DNA from: Candidatus Korarchaeum cryptofilum OPF8
GTDB taxonomy: Archaea > Korarchaeota > Korarchaeia > Korarchaeales > Korarchaeaceae
Assembly (NCBI RefSeq): GCF_000019605.1
Contig: NC_010482.1
Span: forward strand, 930,001 to 962,000
DNA length: 32,000 bases
Direction: 5' to 3'
Positions within the stretch are counted from its first letter, which is position 1. Every line of letters starts with the position of its first letter. The notes under the pieces were generated by a model, which was not told where the DNA came from, did not search any database, and saw only the letters and a list, made by a program, of their open reading frames with translations. This document shows, piece by piece, positions 31,112-32,000 of the stretch. Position numbers and translations under genes: made by a program.

Positions 31112-32000
31112 CTTGGAGAGGTGGGATATAAGGTAGAGCGTGGCCAGGTTGACGGAGGCTGCTATCACGTAGGCCCCTCCAGCTATACCTAGGGCCAGCA
31201 GGGCGACCCCTAGATTATATATTATGGCATTCGCGACCATGACCACGCTTATCCTCATATGCACCGATAATACTACCGTCAGTCCATATATATGTCAAAC
31301 TGCTGAGATCGTTTCATAACGTTTCAAAAGCTCCAATACTGATTTAGAGTGGGAGATGAGTCATCATCAAGTGAATAACTAGTTTGAGGGGAATTATATA
31401 TGGGATTGATGCATTAGATCATATCCTATTTCAGGAAGTCGGTAGTTTCAGAAGACTGGCTTCAGGATCCTCGTATAGCGAGCAGAGATCTCGGTTTAGA
31501 CCCTACTGAATCTGGCCGTGCTCTTCAGATAATAAGTTGTATTATTAACTGGACTTTCTTCTATAAAAAATTTAAAAAAATTTGATTTTTGATGAGCATC
31601 TGAATAGCACGAACCATTCCCTCTAAGGAGTATATGGGGTGTCGAGAGGTTAAAATTTACATATTAATGAATGTGTTCAAATATTTTTATGAAGCTAGAT
31701 ATTTATAAAAATTTATAATAATTTATTTTGTGATTAATCTATATTATTTTTCATTATTGCCAATATAAGGAAATAAATTTAATAGAATTTGAGAGATCCG
31801 AATCCCACAGCAATCGATAGATCCTAGGTCAACTCTCCTGATCTTTTCGCCGAATTTCCCGTTATTTAATAATAAAAATGCCATTCATGGAGAAATTCCT
31901 CATGCATTTCTATGAAAAATTCGCTATTTTTTCGTAGGTTTGTTGCAGCCTGGCCAGCTCCCCCCATAGTAAACTATTTAATTTTCCATATGGTTAAAAG

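Noticed and set aside
31590-31603. TGATGA...CTGA, considered as a C/D box sRNA
   Set aside because: The two boxes are only 4 nt apart, whereas about 12 nt of guide sequence is needed. No second C'/D pair follows within 60 nt.
31794-31810. ATCCGAATCCC, resembling a tRNA T-arm
   Set aside because: There is no GTTC, no acceptor-stem complementarity and no D-arm or anticodon-arm context. I found no canonical GGTTCGAATCC or GGTTCAAATCC, or their complements, anywhere in the intergenic regions.
31878-32000. CCATTCATGGAGAAA and TTCCATATGGTTAAA, considered as origin recognition box (ORB/mini-ORB) elements next to a C-run
   Set aside because: The dyads have the wrong internal spacing compared with the TCCA-N-TGGAAA-type consensus I remember. 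The C/G-run is about 19 nt away rather than adjacent. Two weak matches in AT-rich DNA are expected by chance. The origin idea is kept only as one option in the AT-rich tail finding.
1-32000. Mobile elements, prophage, CRISPR arrays, rRNA or tRNA genes
   Set aside because: I saw no transposase, integrase or phage-like ORFs. There are no terminal inverted repeats flanking a gene block and no regularly spaced short repeats. There are no long GC-rich non-coding stretches. The only long exact repeat is the 230-bp intragenic duplication.

Overview
This is a 32-kb, densely coding segment of about 50% GC with short, sharply AT-rich intergenic islands. It reads as archaeal chromosome. The evidence is BRE/TATA-like boxes (AAAsTTTWTAWA) 25-35 nt upstream of many start codons, genes that look leaderless or are led by GGAGGTG, frequent GTG/TTG starts, Thr-rich linkers on membrane-anchored exported proteins, and archaeal DUF-type families. 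A thermophilic, peptide-using TACK/Korarchaeota-like organism is my guess, by inference only. Content from left to right: (1) an apparent operon of a secreted hypothetical protein, an AmmeMemoRadiSam-type radical SAM enzyme and a GT4 glycosyltransferase. (2) A cysteine-synthase-family PLP enzyme plus a DUF4349-like membrane protein. (3) A five-gene Dpp/Opp-type peptide ABC importer. (4) A convergent pair of dipeptide epimerase and class-III aminotransferase-fold enzyme. (5) An 850-aa surface protein and a DUF998-like membrane protein. (6) A bacterial-type ThrRS. (7) A HEPN gene preceded by a nucleotidyltransferase-like gene that carries a perfect 230-bp in-frame tandem duplication. (8) A GlcF/LutA-like Fe-S protein with permuted domain order plus a GlcD-like FAD oxidase. 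(9) SerRS. (10) A wHTH regulator divergent from a block of DUF4430, a small membrane protein and a membrane-anchored SagB-type nitroreductase. (11) CysRS, a membrane pyrophosphatase and an MFS transporter. (12) A roughly 740-bp ORF-free tail that is partly extremely AT-rich. I found no rRNA, tRNA, CRISPR array, transposase or integrase. The best second-look candidates are: the duplicated, catalytically degenerate partner of the HEPN gene (18755-19676); the peptide-import / dipeptide-epimerase / aminotransferase-fold cluster, a possible D-amino-acid peptide salvage route in an organism without murein; the operator-controlled DUF4430 + nitroreductase-fold envelope module (24142-26158); the modular surface protein; and the structured thrS leader. 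All family calls come from motif recognition by eye and no searches were run.
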